The notes beneath the pieces were generated by a model. It made no database searches, was not told the origin of the DNA, and worked only from the letters and a program-made list of their open reading frames with translations. Position numbers and translations under genes: made by a program. Positions 18,114-26,519 of a stretch of DNA of 64,000 nt are shown one piece after another (the first letter of the stretch is position 1; each line of letters begins with the position of its first letter). Source of the DNA: Bacteroidota bacterium (lineage in GTDB: Bacteria > Bacteroidota > Bacteroidia > Flavobacteriales_F > PHOS-HE28); contig JACTMO010000027.1 of the NCBI GenBank assembly GCA_014584605.1, positions 11,690-75,689 on the forward strand. The letters run 5' to 3'.

Positions 18114-19781
18114 ATGAGACCACACACATCCTTCCCTTCCTGGGCGCTCGCCTGCCTGCTGTCCGCCCCGGCCATGGCCCAGGTCATGAACCCCCTGGCG
18201 ATACCACCGGCCCTGGTGCAGGACACCTTCGACCTGGTGGTGGACGAGCACGTCGTCAGTTTCTATCCCGGGGTGAACACCAACACCTACGGTGCGAGCG
18301 CACCGTACCTGGGGCCCACGCTGGTGCTGCAACAGGGCGACACGGCCCGCATCCGGGTCCACAACGAACTGGCCCAGCTCACCAGCATGCACTGGCACGG
18401 CATGCGGGTGCCCGGCTGGGCGGACGGCGGCCCTCCGCGCGAGGTGCTGCCCGGTGAGACCTGGTTCGTGGAATTCCCGGTGAACAACCCGGCCGCCACC
18501 TTCTGGTACCACCCCCACCCCGACGGGCTCACCGCCGAACAGGCCCACCAGGGCGTGGCCGGGGCCATCGTGGTGCGCGACAGCATCGAAGCGGCGCTGG
18601 ACCTTCCACGCACCTATGGCGTGGACGACCTGCCCGTGGTGATCCAGGACCGCCGGTTCGCACCCAACGGCAACTTCGTCTTCGGCCCTTACGGCGACTC
18701 GGTGCTGGTGAACGGCACCCCGCATGCGTATGTGGAATGCCCGGCCCAGGTGCTGCGCCTGCGGCTGCTCAACGGCAGCAACGCCCGCGTGTACCAGCTC
18801 GGCTTCGACGACGACCGCATTTTCCACGTGATCGCCGGGGACGGCGGGCTGCTGTCCGCCCCGGTGCCCACCGACCGGCTGCCCTTGAGCAACGGCGAAC
18901 GCGCCGAGGTGTTGCTGGACCTCACCGGCATGGAAGGCGACAGCCTGCTGCTGATGAGCTACGGCAGCGAACTGCCCACCACGGTGCCTGGCGGCAACAA
19001 CCCCATCTGGGAATCGAGCGTGCTCAACGGGGCCGACTTCGCGGTGCTGCGCATCCGCGTCACGGCGCCCACGGCCGATCCGGTGACGACCATCCCCGCC
19101 ACCCTGACGACCGTGACACCCCACGATGAGGCCGACGCCGTGCGCACGCGTGTCAAGGAGCTCGCCGGTACGGGCATGGTGGGCATGGGCATGTTCACCA
19201 TCAACGGGCTCATGTTCGACCCCGCCGTGGTGAACGACACCGTGCTGCTGGGCAGCACCGAGGTGTGGGAGATCGTGAACAACAGCAACATGGCCCATCC
19301 CATGCACCTCCACGGCGGATCCTTCTTCGTGCTGGACCGCGACGGTGCCCCTCCCGATCCCTGGGAGCAAGGGCCCAAGGATGTGGTGCTGGTGGATGCC
19401 GGGGCCACGGTCCGCATCATCATGCGCTTCGAGGACCTCACCGACGGCTGGCCCTTCATGTACCATTGCCATAACCTGATGCACGAGGACAACATGATGA
19501 TGCTGCAGTACATCGTGGTGGACCAGAGCACCGCGCTGCCTGCCGCACCGGAGCCCGGGCGGGCCGGCCTGTTCCCGGTGCCCACGGCCGGCGAGGTCCA
19601 CTACGTCTGTCCCTTCCCGGTACGGGAGCTGCGCATCACGGATGCCGCCGGGCGCATCGTGCACACCGATGGCGACCTGCCCGACCGCGGGACGTTGCAC
19701 GTCCCCCTGCCGCCGGGCAGCTACGTCGTGGACTTCAGCGACGGCCTGCGTCGTTGCACGGCCGGGTTGCTGGTGCAATGA
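18114..19781 (+). CDS. Multicopper oxidase with a T9SS C-terminal sorting domain
   Basis: Start trimmed to MRPHTSFPSWALACLLSAPAMA (signal). Copper-site motifs are HWHG, WYHPHP, HPMHLHG and HCHNLMHEDNMMM. The C-terminal tail is T9SS CTD-like (LFPVPTAGEVHYV...GSYVVDFSDG...LLVQ). Confidence 0.85.
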   Translation: MRPHTSFPSWALACLLSAPAMAQVMNPLAIPPALVQDTFDLVVDEHVVSFYPGVNTNTYGASAPYLGPTLVLQQGDTARIRVHNELAQLTSMHWHGMRVPGWADGGPPREVLPGETWFVEFPVNNPAATFWYHPHPDGLTAEQAHQGVAGAIVVRDSIEAALDLPRTYGVDDLPVVIQDRRFAPNGNFVFGPYGDSVLVNGTPHAYVECPAQVLRLRLLNGSNARVYQLGFDDDRIFHVIAGDGGLLSAPVPTDRLPLSNGERAEVLLDLTGMEGDSLLLMSYGSELPTTVPGGNNPIWESSVLNGADFAVLRIRVTAPTADPVTTIPATLTTVTPHDEADAVRTRVKELAGTGMVGMGMFTINGLMFDPAVVNDTVLLGSTEVWEIVNNSNMAHPMHLHGGSFFVLDRDGAPPDPWEQGPKDVVLVDAGATVRIIMRFEDLTDGWPFMYHCHNLMHEDNMMMLQYIVVDQSTALPAAPEPGRAGLFPVPTAGEVHYVCPFPVRELRITDAAGRIVHTDGDLPDRGTLHVPLPPGSYVVDFSDGLRRCTAGLLVQ

Positions 19782-19839
19782 GCAGGGCCGCAATGGGCCG
19801 GTGCGTGGCTTCCCTTGCCTGCTACACCGGGCACTGCGG

Positions 19840-20256
19840 TCAGTTGTTCAGCGCGCCCTGCTCGATCCAGTCCCGGATGATCGCGAGTTCCTCACTGCTC
19901 AGGGCGGTTCCGTCCGGTGGCATGCCCAACCCGTAGACCTCGGTGTAGTTCACCTTGTGCCAGAGCACGCTGGCATCCGGGTCGCCGGGCACGATCCGTA
20001 CCGCTGGCGCATGTCCACTGCTCTCCACGTTCACCAGGTTGTTGTACGCTTCCGTGGCGGAAAGGTCCATGTCGCCCATCGGCGGATGACAGGTCCAGCA
20101 ATGTGCGGTGAAGATGGGCAGCACCTCGGCGCTGAAGTAAGCGGTATCGATGGGCGTATCGGGTGGCTTGGGCGCCGGGATGTGCAACGGGCCCTCGTCC
20201 TTGGTGCAGGCGGAGAGCAGAAGTGCGAACACGAGGACGGATGCGGAACGGTCCAT
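19840..20256 (-). CDS. Small haem-binding lipoprotein (single CxxCH, PSCyt1/haem-binding-domain-like)
   Basis: Lipobox LLLSAC. Haem motif in FSAEVLPIFTAHCWTCHPP. A C-terminal IRDWIEQGALNN is typical of this small domain. Confidence 0.7.
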   Translation of the reverse strand: MDRSASVLVFALLLSACTKDEGPLHIPAPKPPDTPIDTAYFSAEVLPIFTAHCWTCHPPMGDMDLSATEAYNNLVNVESSGHAPAVRIVPGDPDASVLWHKVNYTEVYGLGMPPDGTALSSEELAIIRDWIEQGALNN

Positions 20257-20259
20257 GTA

Positions 20260-21174
20260 TCAGTGCTTGGGGGCCTTGGGCTTCACGAGGAGCGTGCGGG
20301 CGATGTTGAAGCCCAGGTGGAACTGGCCCTCGTCGTAGCGCGATGCAGGCATGGTGTAGGCCCGCTGCTCGATGATCTCCTGGCCGCTGGTGAGCACGAT
20401 CTGGAAGATGTGCCCCTGCGTGGCCACCTCATAAGCGATGGCCAGGGGCTCCAGACGATGGCCGGGCCGATGCCCCATGACGATCGGTGCAGCCTCCACC
20501 AGCACAGAACCCTTGGGACTCACCTTGAATCGCCCGGCCACCACCGTGGCAAGGGTAAAATTGTGCTCCCCCACGGCCACCAGGTTGCGATGCACGGCCA
20601 CAGGCGCCACCTGCATGGAGAGCCATGCATTGAAGCGCCGTGCCAGGATGAGCTGCGCGCTGTAGGAAAGGCGATGTTCGAAGCGGTAGGCGAACGGCGT
20701 GCTGCCGTCGGCGAAGAAATCGCGCTCCCCCACGGTGGGCTGGTCATCGCTCATGAGGGCCGCACTGGCCATCACCGTGAGCGATACGGGCATCTCGTTC
20801 TCCACCGTCTGCTTCAGCACCCGGAACTTGGCACCCAGGTCCCACACCTTGCCGTTCTTGGACCTGCCGAGCTCAAGCTGTGCATGGCGGAATGGTGCGT
20901 ACTGGAAGGAGAAACGGATGTTGGCCGGCAGATCGAGCCCGGCGAACTGCTTCCATAACTGTTCATCGGCGCCCAGCGTACCGAAGCGGTGCTGGATCAT
21001 GAACCCGAAGGACCGCTTGCGCGGCACCACCTCCACGCTGTGGGCGTTCACCACCTGTGTGCCGGCGAAAGTCCCGGTGACGAGCTCGGGCTCGGTCCCC
21101 TCCTGGGCCACCAAGGCCCAGGCGCAGAGCAGTGCGGCAACGGACGAGGCCGACCGGTGGATACAGCTTATCAT
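20260..21174 (-). CDS. Predicted outer-membrane beta-barrel protein (DUF5777-like; family name recalled, unverified)
   Basis: Signal peptide (SSVAALLCAWALVAQ). Alternating amphipathic beta-strand pattern throughout. Its start overlaps the upstream cytochrome c stop by 4 nt. Confidence 0.55.
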   Translation of the reverse strand: MISCIHRSASSVAALLCAWALVAQEGTEPELVTGTFAGTQVVNAHSVEVVPRKRSFGFMIQHRFGTLGADEQLWKQFAGLDLPANIRFSFQYAPFRHAQLELGRSKNGKVWDLGAKFRVLKQTVENEMPVSLTVMASAALMSDDQPTVGERDFFADGSTPFAYRFEHRLSYSAQLILARRFNAWLSMQVAPVAVHRNLVAVGEHNFTLATVVAGRFKVSPKGSVLVEAAPIVMGHRPGHRLEPLAIAYEVATQGHIFQIVLTSGQEIIEQRAYTMPASRYDEGQFHLGFNIARTLLVKPKAPKH

Positions 21175-21560
21175 GGGTGTGTGAGGGTCCGGATATAGTG
21201 CGCCACGGCCCAGCGGTCCTCCCGACTGAGCACCTGCTCGTAGGAGGCCATCTCACCGCGGCCATGGGTGATCTTCCAGTAGAGCGCTCCGTTGCTCTGT
21301 TGCTGCACGGCCCCTGAACCCAGGTCGGCCGGCTTCACCTTGAGGACGACGGCATTGGGTCCATCACCGCGGCCTTCCAGGCCATGGCAGGTCCAGCACA
21401 ATGAACGGAAGACCTTGGCTCCGCGCGCCGCCGCTTTGGGATCGCCCGCCATGGGGTCCTTCATGCGATCGGCCTCCGGCGGCGCGGTCCATGGCTCACC
21501 GGCACGGTCCAGGGACATCAGCACAAGGAATGTGCCCAACAGAAGGATGCTGCGGCTCAT
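21171..21560 (-). CDS. Class I c-type cytochrome (mono-haem)
   Basis: Signal peptide, CWTCH haem motif, distal Met context (ITHGRGEMASY). Its start overlaps the upstream gene stop (ATGA). Confidence 0.8.
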   Translation of the reverse strand: MSRSILLLGTFLVLMSLDRAGEPWTAPPEADRMKDPMAGDPKAAARGAKVFRSLCWTCHGLEGRGDGPNAVVLKVKPADLGSGAVQQQSNGALYWKITHGRGEMASYEQVLSREDRWAVAHYIRTLTHP

Positions 21561-23509
21561 GGTCGGTCGGTTCGGGAAGTGGTGCGCAAGGATGCCAGCG
21601 CCTGCTGCACCCTTGCATCGGTGGGGCTCAAGCGGGCGGCGGCCACCAGATGCTCCTCGGCCTGCCGGGTCCGTCCGGAACGTGCGTGCAGCACGCCCAG
21701 CGTGTAGCGCAACCGGGCATCGTTAGGCCGGAGCTCCGTGAGCCGCTCCAGGTGCGGAAGCGCAAGGTCGGGGCGTCCCTGCTGAAGGTGAATGGCCCCC
21801 AGGTTGTTGCGCAGCATGTCCTCAGGGCCACCGTTGCGCAACGCGTCCTCAAAATACCGGATCGCTTCGTCGGTCCGGCCGGTACGATGGGCCAGGGCCC
21901 CGGCGGCGACCAGAAGGTCTCCATCTCCAGGGGCGCGGGTCAGACCGGTCGCATAGGCCTGGCGAGCACCATCGACATCGCCTTCGGCCTCACGTGCGGC
22001 AGCGAGCGCCGCAGCTGATCGTGCCAGCATCAACCGGCCCTGCGTACCTGAACGGTCCATCCCCAGCACCAGGTTCTCGGCCCAAAGGCGCATGGCTTCG
22101 GACCGGTCCCCGGTCGCCGCCTTCATCTCCCCCAGCCGGAAACGCGCTTCGGCATGACCGGGATCGTCGGCCAGGATCCCTTCCAGCAGCTGGGACGAAC
22201 GCGATGTCCCGCCCTGTAGCCTGTAGAGCGAGGCCAGTTCGAAGCGGCGGTCCACAGGCTCGAAAAGGCCGACCCGCAAGGCCGTACCGTAGTGCGCCAC
22301 CGCGCGCCGTATCCGGTCCATGTCCGGTGTTCCGGCTGCCGCCTGCCTGTACAGCGTGCGACCCACGATCGTGTGATATTGTACGAAGGCGCTGTGCACG
22401 AACAGGACGGACAGGCCGACGATGAAGGCGGCGACGACGACGCCCCTGGGTCGCAATGAGCCGTCCATCTTCAGGGTCGCCCCCCTGAACTGCACGGCCC
22501 CCTTGCGCAGAAGCCGCAGACCGAGGACCAAGGCCCAGGCGGTGCAGACCGACAGCGCTACGGCGAGCAGGAAGGGCACGGCATCGTACAGGCCCCGGTA
22601 CACGGGCATGGCGAGCAGGAAGACCACCGCCAGGAACACGTCCTCGCCCACGGTGTTGCTGAACCGCCCCCCATAGGCGCCCATGGGATGCCCTTTGCGG
22701 AAGAGGGGCGGCAAGCGGAAGCCGTAGCGTACGGCGTTCTCCGGGCAGGCGGTGACGCAATCCAGGTCCTTGAGGCACCGCGGATTGGTGACCATGCCAT
22801 GAACGGCCAGCTCGCGGTGTACAAGGATGTCCGATGAGCAGGCCTTGGTGCAGAGCCCGCATTGGCTGCAGTCCTTGGTGAGCACGATGCGACCCGGAGC
22901 GAACTGGTCCGCGATCCCGAAGAGCGCCCCGTACGGGCAGGCCTGGAAGCAGAAGCCGCGGCTTCCCAGCAGGTACACGATGATGAACCCACAGACCAGG
23001 AAGGTGAGCACCGCAACACTCGGTGGCGGCAGGTTGCGCCACATGTCGTCCGTGGTGAAGGAGGACCAGCGCGCACTGCCGGCGGCCACCACCTCCAGGG
23101 CCTGTGCGCTCTCCCCGTGCCACGCCTGCAGCAATTGCGGCCAGATGAAGAGGTAGAACATGACCCCCACCGGTACCCAGATGAGCGTGCGCGAACGGAT
23201 GGGCTGTCGCTTGATGCGCAGCCGGTCAAGCAACCATCCGGAGGCATCCTGCAAGGCGAGGATGTGGCATCCCCAGGAGCAGAAGAAGCGGCCGAGAACG
23301 AGCGTGGCCACCATCACCAACGCCATGAGCAGGAAGCCCGCGGTGAGGATCCCCTGGTGTATGGTGTAGAGCACTTCGTTGAACTCGAGCGGAGCCAGCG
23401 TCCGGCCCTTGAGCTTCCAATGGACGAAGTGGACCACGAAGAGCAGGTGGACGCCCACCAGGGTGGCCACGCGCCATTTGGCATAGTTGGTCCTGCGGGC
23501 CCCGGCCAT
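21557..23509 (-). CDS. NapH/NosH/CcoG-like polyferredoxin membrane protein fused to C-terminal TPR repeats
   Basis: TM helices carry GRFFCSWGCH and GFCFQACPYGALFG. Two ferredoxin motifs are present (CSQCGLCTKACSSD, CLKDLDCVTACPEN). About 250 aa of TPR-like repeats follow (AEARFRLGEMKAATGD, AIRYFEDALRNG, LRYTLGVLHARSGR). Start trimmed to MAGARRTNYAKWR (23509). Confidence 0.75.
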   Translation of the reverse strand: MAGARRTNYAKWRVATLVGVHLLFVVHFVHWKLKGRTLAPLEFNEVLYTIHQGILTAGFLLMALVMVATLVLGRFFCSWGCHILALQDASGWLLDRLRIKRQPIRSRTLIWVPVGVMFYLFIWPQLLQAWHGESAQALEVVAAGSARWSSFTTDDMWRNLPPPSVAVLTFLVCGFIIVYLLGSRGFCFQACPYGALFGIADQFAPGRIVLTKDCSQCGLCTKACSSDILVHRELAVHGMVTNPRCLKDLDCVTACPENAVRYGFRLPPLFRKGHPMGAYGGRFSNTVGEDVFLAVVFLLAMPVYRGLYDAVPFLLAVALSVCTAWALVLGLRLLRKGAVQFRGATLKMDGSLRPRGVVVAAFIVGLSVLFVHSAFVQYHTIVGRTLYRQAAAGTPDMDRIRRAVAHYGTALRVGLFEPVDRRFELASLYRLQGGTSRSSQLLEGILADDPGHAEARFRLGEMKAATGDRSEAMRLWAENLVLGMDRSGTQGRLMLARSAAALAAAREAEGDVDGARQAYATGLTRAPGDGDLLVAAGALAHRTGRTDEAIRYFEDALRNGGPEDMLRNNLGAIHLQQGRPDLALPHLERLTELRPNDARLRYTLGVLHARSGRTRQAEEHLVAAARLSPTDARVQQALASLRTTSRTDRP

Positions 23510-23519
23510 GGGGGACCGA

Positions 23520-25571
23520 TCAGTGGATGGCGACCCTCCGTGTGAATGCACGGCCATCAACGCGCAATCCAAGCATGTACACCCCGGCCGGCAGGTGGTC
23601 CAAGTCCATGGCCCGGATCACCTGGCCCGCAGGTGCATCGAAACGCTCGGCGGATACGCGACGCCCCGTGAGGTCCACCAACTCGACCTCCACGACCGTG
23701 GGGCGGAGCAGGTGCAGAGACAGGTCGAAGTGCCCGTCGTTGGGGTTGGGATACACCTCGAACCCGCGAAGGGACAAGGGCTCATCGACACCGGTGCATA
23801 CCTCCACCGTGACGGGCACGCTGGTCATCGCGCTCAGGCAGCTGCCCCCGCCGACCTCCACCTCCCAATCGTAGAAATACGGATACTCGGTGGACCCGCC
23901 GGACGAACCGGTGATGCTCGCCACCGCACCGATGGCATAGGGATAGCTGACACCGCTGGTGCTGCGCCACAGGTCGGTGGTGCCGCTCACATTGATCAGG
24001 TAGTTGTGGCCCGGCAGGATGTCCCAATCGAGGTCCACCCGCGACTCACCGGCCGGCACCATCACCGAGTGCGATGCGCGCAGCACGCCGATGCCGTCCA
24101 CCAGCTCAATGGTCCGCATGGCCGCACTGCCCGCATAGACCTTCACCGAGGCGAGCCGGAAGGAGGCCAGCGCGTCGAAGCGGAGCGAGCGACCACCGGC
24201 GTGATGGCCACCGCTTCCAGCGTTGTTCGGCTTGCCCCCGTATATGGTCGTCCCTTGTGTGCTGATACGGTCGGCCACCTGGTAGGTGGTGCTGGCATAC
24301 AGGGGCGGCGTGGTGTAAGTGGCTCCGCTGCCCACCGGGTCGCCGAACTGGTCGAACCATTGCGGGTCCAGACCCGTGGTGCTGAGCACCGCCTGTTCTC
24401 CCTCGCAGATGAGAACGCCCGCCGCCGTGGGGGCCGTGGGCTGCGGAAGGGCCGTGACCGTGAAGGGGGCCGATGTGGCCGTGCCGCAATAGCCGGTGAC
24501 GGTCACCGTGTAGGTACCGGGGCCAGCCATGATCCGGCTCGTGGTGGCGCCGGTGGACCACTGATAGGACGTGCCCGGCGAGGCGTAGAGCTCCACTTGG
24601 TCGCCCTGGCAGACGAACGCCTGCTGGTCGCAGTGGATCTCGGCCACTGCCGATGTGGGCGATTGCTGGGTGAGCGTATAGGGAATGGCCGTCCAGTTGT
24701 TGGTCTCGTCGGCCTCCACCACCACGTTCAACGGATCCGACTCCATCACGATCCAATACGCACCGTTGCAGGCGCCGCTCGGGATGTCGATCCACATGCC
24801 ATCGAGATACTCGCTGTACACATCGGTGTACCCCGAGGAGATCCCCTGCCGGGTCATGCTGCACCCGTACGACCCGCCCAAGCCCAGGTTCGGAAAGTTC
24901 GGCCCGGTGAGGGTGGTACCCGCGTTATAGGTCGTGTTGTTGTCCTTGCAATGATGGAGGGCCGCGCCGGCATTGCAGCTGTGATAGTCCATCAGGCAGA
25001 AACCGAGCTTGTACCCCTGGCCTACGATGGGCCATTGGCGCGGGTCGCTCACTCCGGTCTCCTGCATGCGCAGGCTGAAAATGCCCCACTGGTCGTAGTG
25101 CGTGTGCCCGTGGGTGGGGTGGTAGGTCATGCCCTGCGGCATCACCCGCTCCGTGGAGGTCATCACCGCGCCGTTCTTGTGAAAGATGCGCTGCGTGGTG
25201 AGCTGCTTGGCGGTGCCGCCATTGGGACATGCGAACTGCTGCTGGGCCGAGGGATCGTAGACCACGAAGGTGTCCACACCGCACACGAATCTCCTATAGC
25301 CGTTGAGGTCCACCCCTCGAACCTCCAACGGACCGTACCCGATATTGGGCGTGGAGCTCGAGACGTAGATCCGCCCCGGGTCCTCGTTCGGACCGCTGAG
25401 GTAGTTGAGCGCGGCGTACCACGACGTGGTCATGTCGGGAAGCAGGTCACAATTCGACCCCTGCCCGGGCGGGCACTGGCATGTGGTGGCGTTGCTCGTG
25501 GTGCATTGTGCGGCGGCCCCGAGCGGACCGATGAACAGCGCGGCGACCGGAAGAAGCAGACGGTGGTGCAT
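23520..25571 (-). CDS. Secreted lysyl-oxidase-like (LOX catalytic-domain) protein with Ig-like repeats and a T9SS C-terminal sorting domain
   Basis: Signal peptide MHHRLLLPVAALFIGPLGAAAQ. LOX-like motifs are YHPTHGHTHYDQW (compare the animal LOX copper site WHSCHQHYHS), GYKLGFCLMDYHSC (compare GHKASFCLEDTSC), GYTDVYSEYLDGMWIDIPSG (compare [20 protein letters not shown]) and EADETNNW (compare ESDYTNNV). The C-terminus is a T9SS CTD (VYPNPNDGHFDLSL...GVYMLGLRVDGRAFTRRVAIH). Confidence 0.75.
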   Translation of the reverse strand: MHHRLLLPVAALFIGPLGAAAQCTTSNATTCQCPPGQGSNCDLLPDMTTSWYAALNYLSGPNEDPGRIYVSSSTPNIGYGPLEVRGVDLNGYRRFVCGVDTFVVYDPSAQQQFACPNGGTAKQLTTQRIFHKNGAVMTSTERVMPQGMTYHPTHGHTHYDQWGIFSLRMQETGVSDPRQWPIVGQGYKLGFCLMDYHSCNAGAALHHCKDNNTTYNAGTTLTGPNFPNLGLGGSYGCSMTRQGISSGYTDVYSEYLDGMWIDIPSGACNGAYWIVMESDPLNVVVEADETNNWTAIPYTLTQQSPTSAVAEIHCDQQAFVCQGDQVELYASPGTSYQWSTGATTSRIMAGPGTYTVTVTGYCGTATSAPFTVTALPQPTAPTAAGVLICEGEQAVLSTTGLDPQWFDQFGDPVGSGATYTTPPLYASTTYQVADRISTQGTTIYGGKPNNAGSGGHHAGGRSLRFDALASFRLASVKVYAGSAAMRTIELVDGIGVLRASHSVMVPAGESRVDLDWDILPGHNYLINVSGTTDLWRSTSGVSYPYAIGAVASITGSSGGSTEYPYFYDWEVEVGGGSCLSAMTSVPVTVEVCTGVDEPLSLRGFEVYPNPNDGHFDLSLHLLRPTVVEVELVDLTGRRVSAERFDAPAGQVIRAMDLDHLPAGVYMLGLRVDGRAFTRRVAIH

Positions 25572-25635
25572 GGATGTGCGTCGGATGTGGTCGAAATTGA
25601 GGCCATCGGCCCTCAGGAGGATATGACCTGTATCA

Positions 25636-25710
25636 TGTTCATGAACAGTTCGACCAACAGGGTCATGGTGGATCCATGGATACCCATGTACATAGAATGA
25701 TGTGCATCAT
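25636..25710. promoter_or_regulatory. Cluster of four AT-rich palindromes in the LOX/mbnP divergent promoter region
   Basis: The four palindromes are TGTTCATGAACA (25636-25647, perfect 12-mer), ATCCATGGAT (25672-25681), ATGTACAT (25686-25693) and ATGATG-TG-CATCAT (25697-25710). The last resembles a Fur-type AATGAT...ATCAT core. Confidence 0.5.
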
Positions 25711-25745
25711 AGGACAGAACCCGCGACCACGCTCATCTTGCATGT

Positions 25746-26519
25746 ATGAAGACCCTTCCGCCGCAGTCCGACATCCTCCGGTCGGCGCTGCTGCCCGCGT
25801 TGCTCCTCACCGTTGTTCTGCCCGGTTGCTCCAAGGAGGACGACAGCCTCCCGGACCCGCCATCCCCTACACCCGGAACGGGCATCACCCTCCGTTTGGA
25901 ACACCATGCCGACGGTGTGCCCCTCCAGTTCGACACCGTGCTCTACACCACCGCGTCGGGCCATTCCTATTCGGTGAGCCATCTGGAATACTACATCAGC
26001 GGCATCAGGCTGTTGACAGCAGATACGGGCGACGTGGAGCCGATGATCCCCGGTCCTTTCCTGATCAACGCCCGGCATGAGGCCAGCTTCGACCTGGGAG
26101 CGCTCCCGCCAGGCGACCACACAGGGGTTGAGCTCCGGCTGGGCCTGACACCGGACCTCAACCTCACCGGTGCGCTGCCCAACACGATCGAGAATGTGAA
26201 CATGGCATGGCCCGACGGCATGGGCGGCGGGTATCACTTCATGAAGTTCGAAGGTCATTTCATGAACGCTGGAACCCCCAACGGGTACGCCATCCACCTG
26301 GGCCGGAACGAGATCCTTCCCACCTGCCTCGCCCCGGACGACCTGCACCTGAACGGCAGTGCGCAAACGCTCCTGCTGCGCTTCAACCTCAACGAGGTGT
26401 TCCGGTCGCCGCACACATACGACCTGGTGAGCGGGAGCTACTCCATGGGCGACATGGTGCTCATGGGGCTGCTGCGCGACAACTGTGCCGACGCGTTCAC
26501 AGCGGCCATGGAACCATGA
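25746..26519 (+). CDS. mbnP: MbnP-family periplasmic copper-binding lipoprotein
   Basis: Lipobox VVLPGCS. MbnP-like pattern (YSVSHLEYYISGIRL, NMAWPDGMGGGYHFMKFEGHF). It is translationally coupled to a di-haem MauG/CCP-family gene, the canonical MbnP/MbnH pairing. Confidence 0.7.
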   Translation: MKTLPPQSDILRSALLPALLLTVVLPGCSKEDDSLPDPPSPTPGTGITLRLEHHADGVPLQFDTVLYTTASGHSYSVSHLEYYISGIRLLTADTGDVEPMIPGPFLINARHEASFDLGALPPGDHTGVELRLGLTPDLNLTGALPNTIENVNMAWPDGMGGGYHFMKFEGHFMNAGTPNGYAIHLGRNEILPTCLAPDDLHLNGSAQTLLLRFNLNEVFRSPHTYDLVSGSYSMGDMVLMGLLRDNCADAFTAAMEP

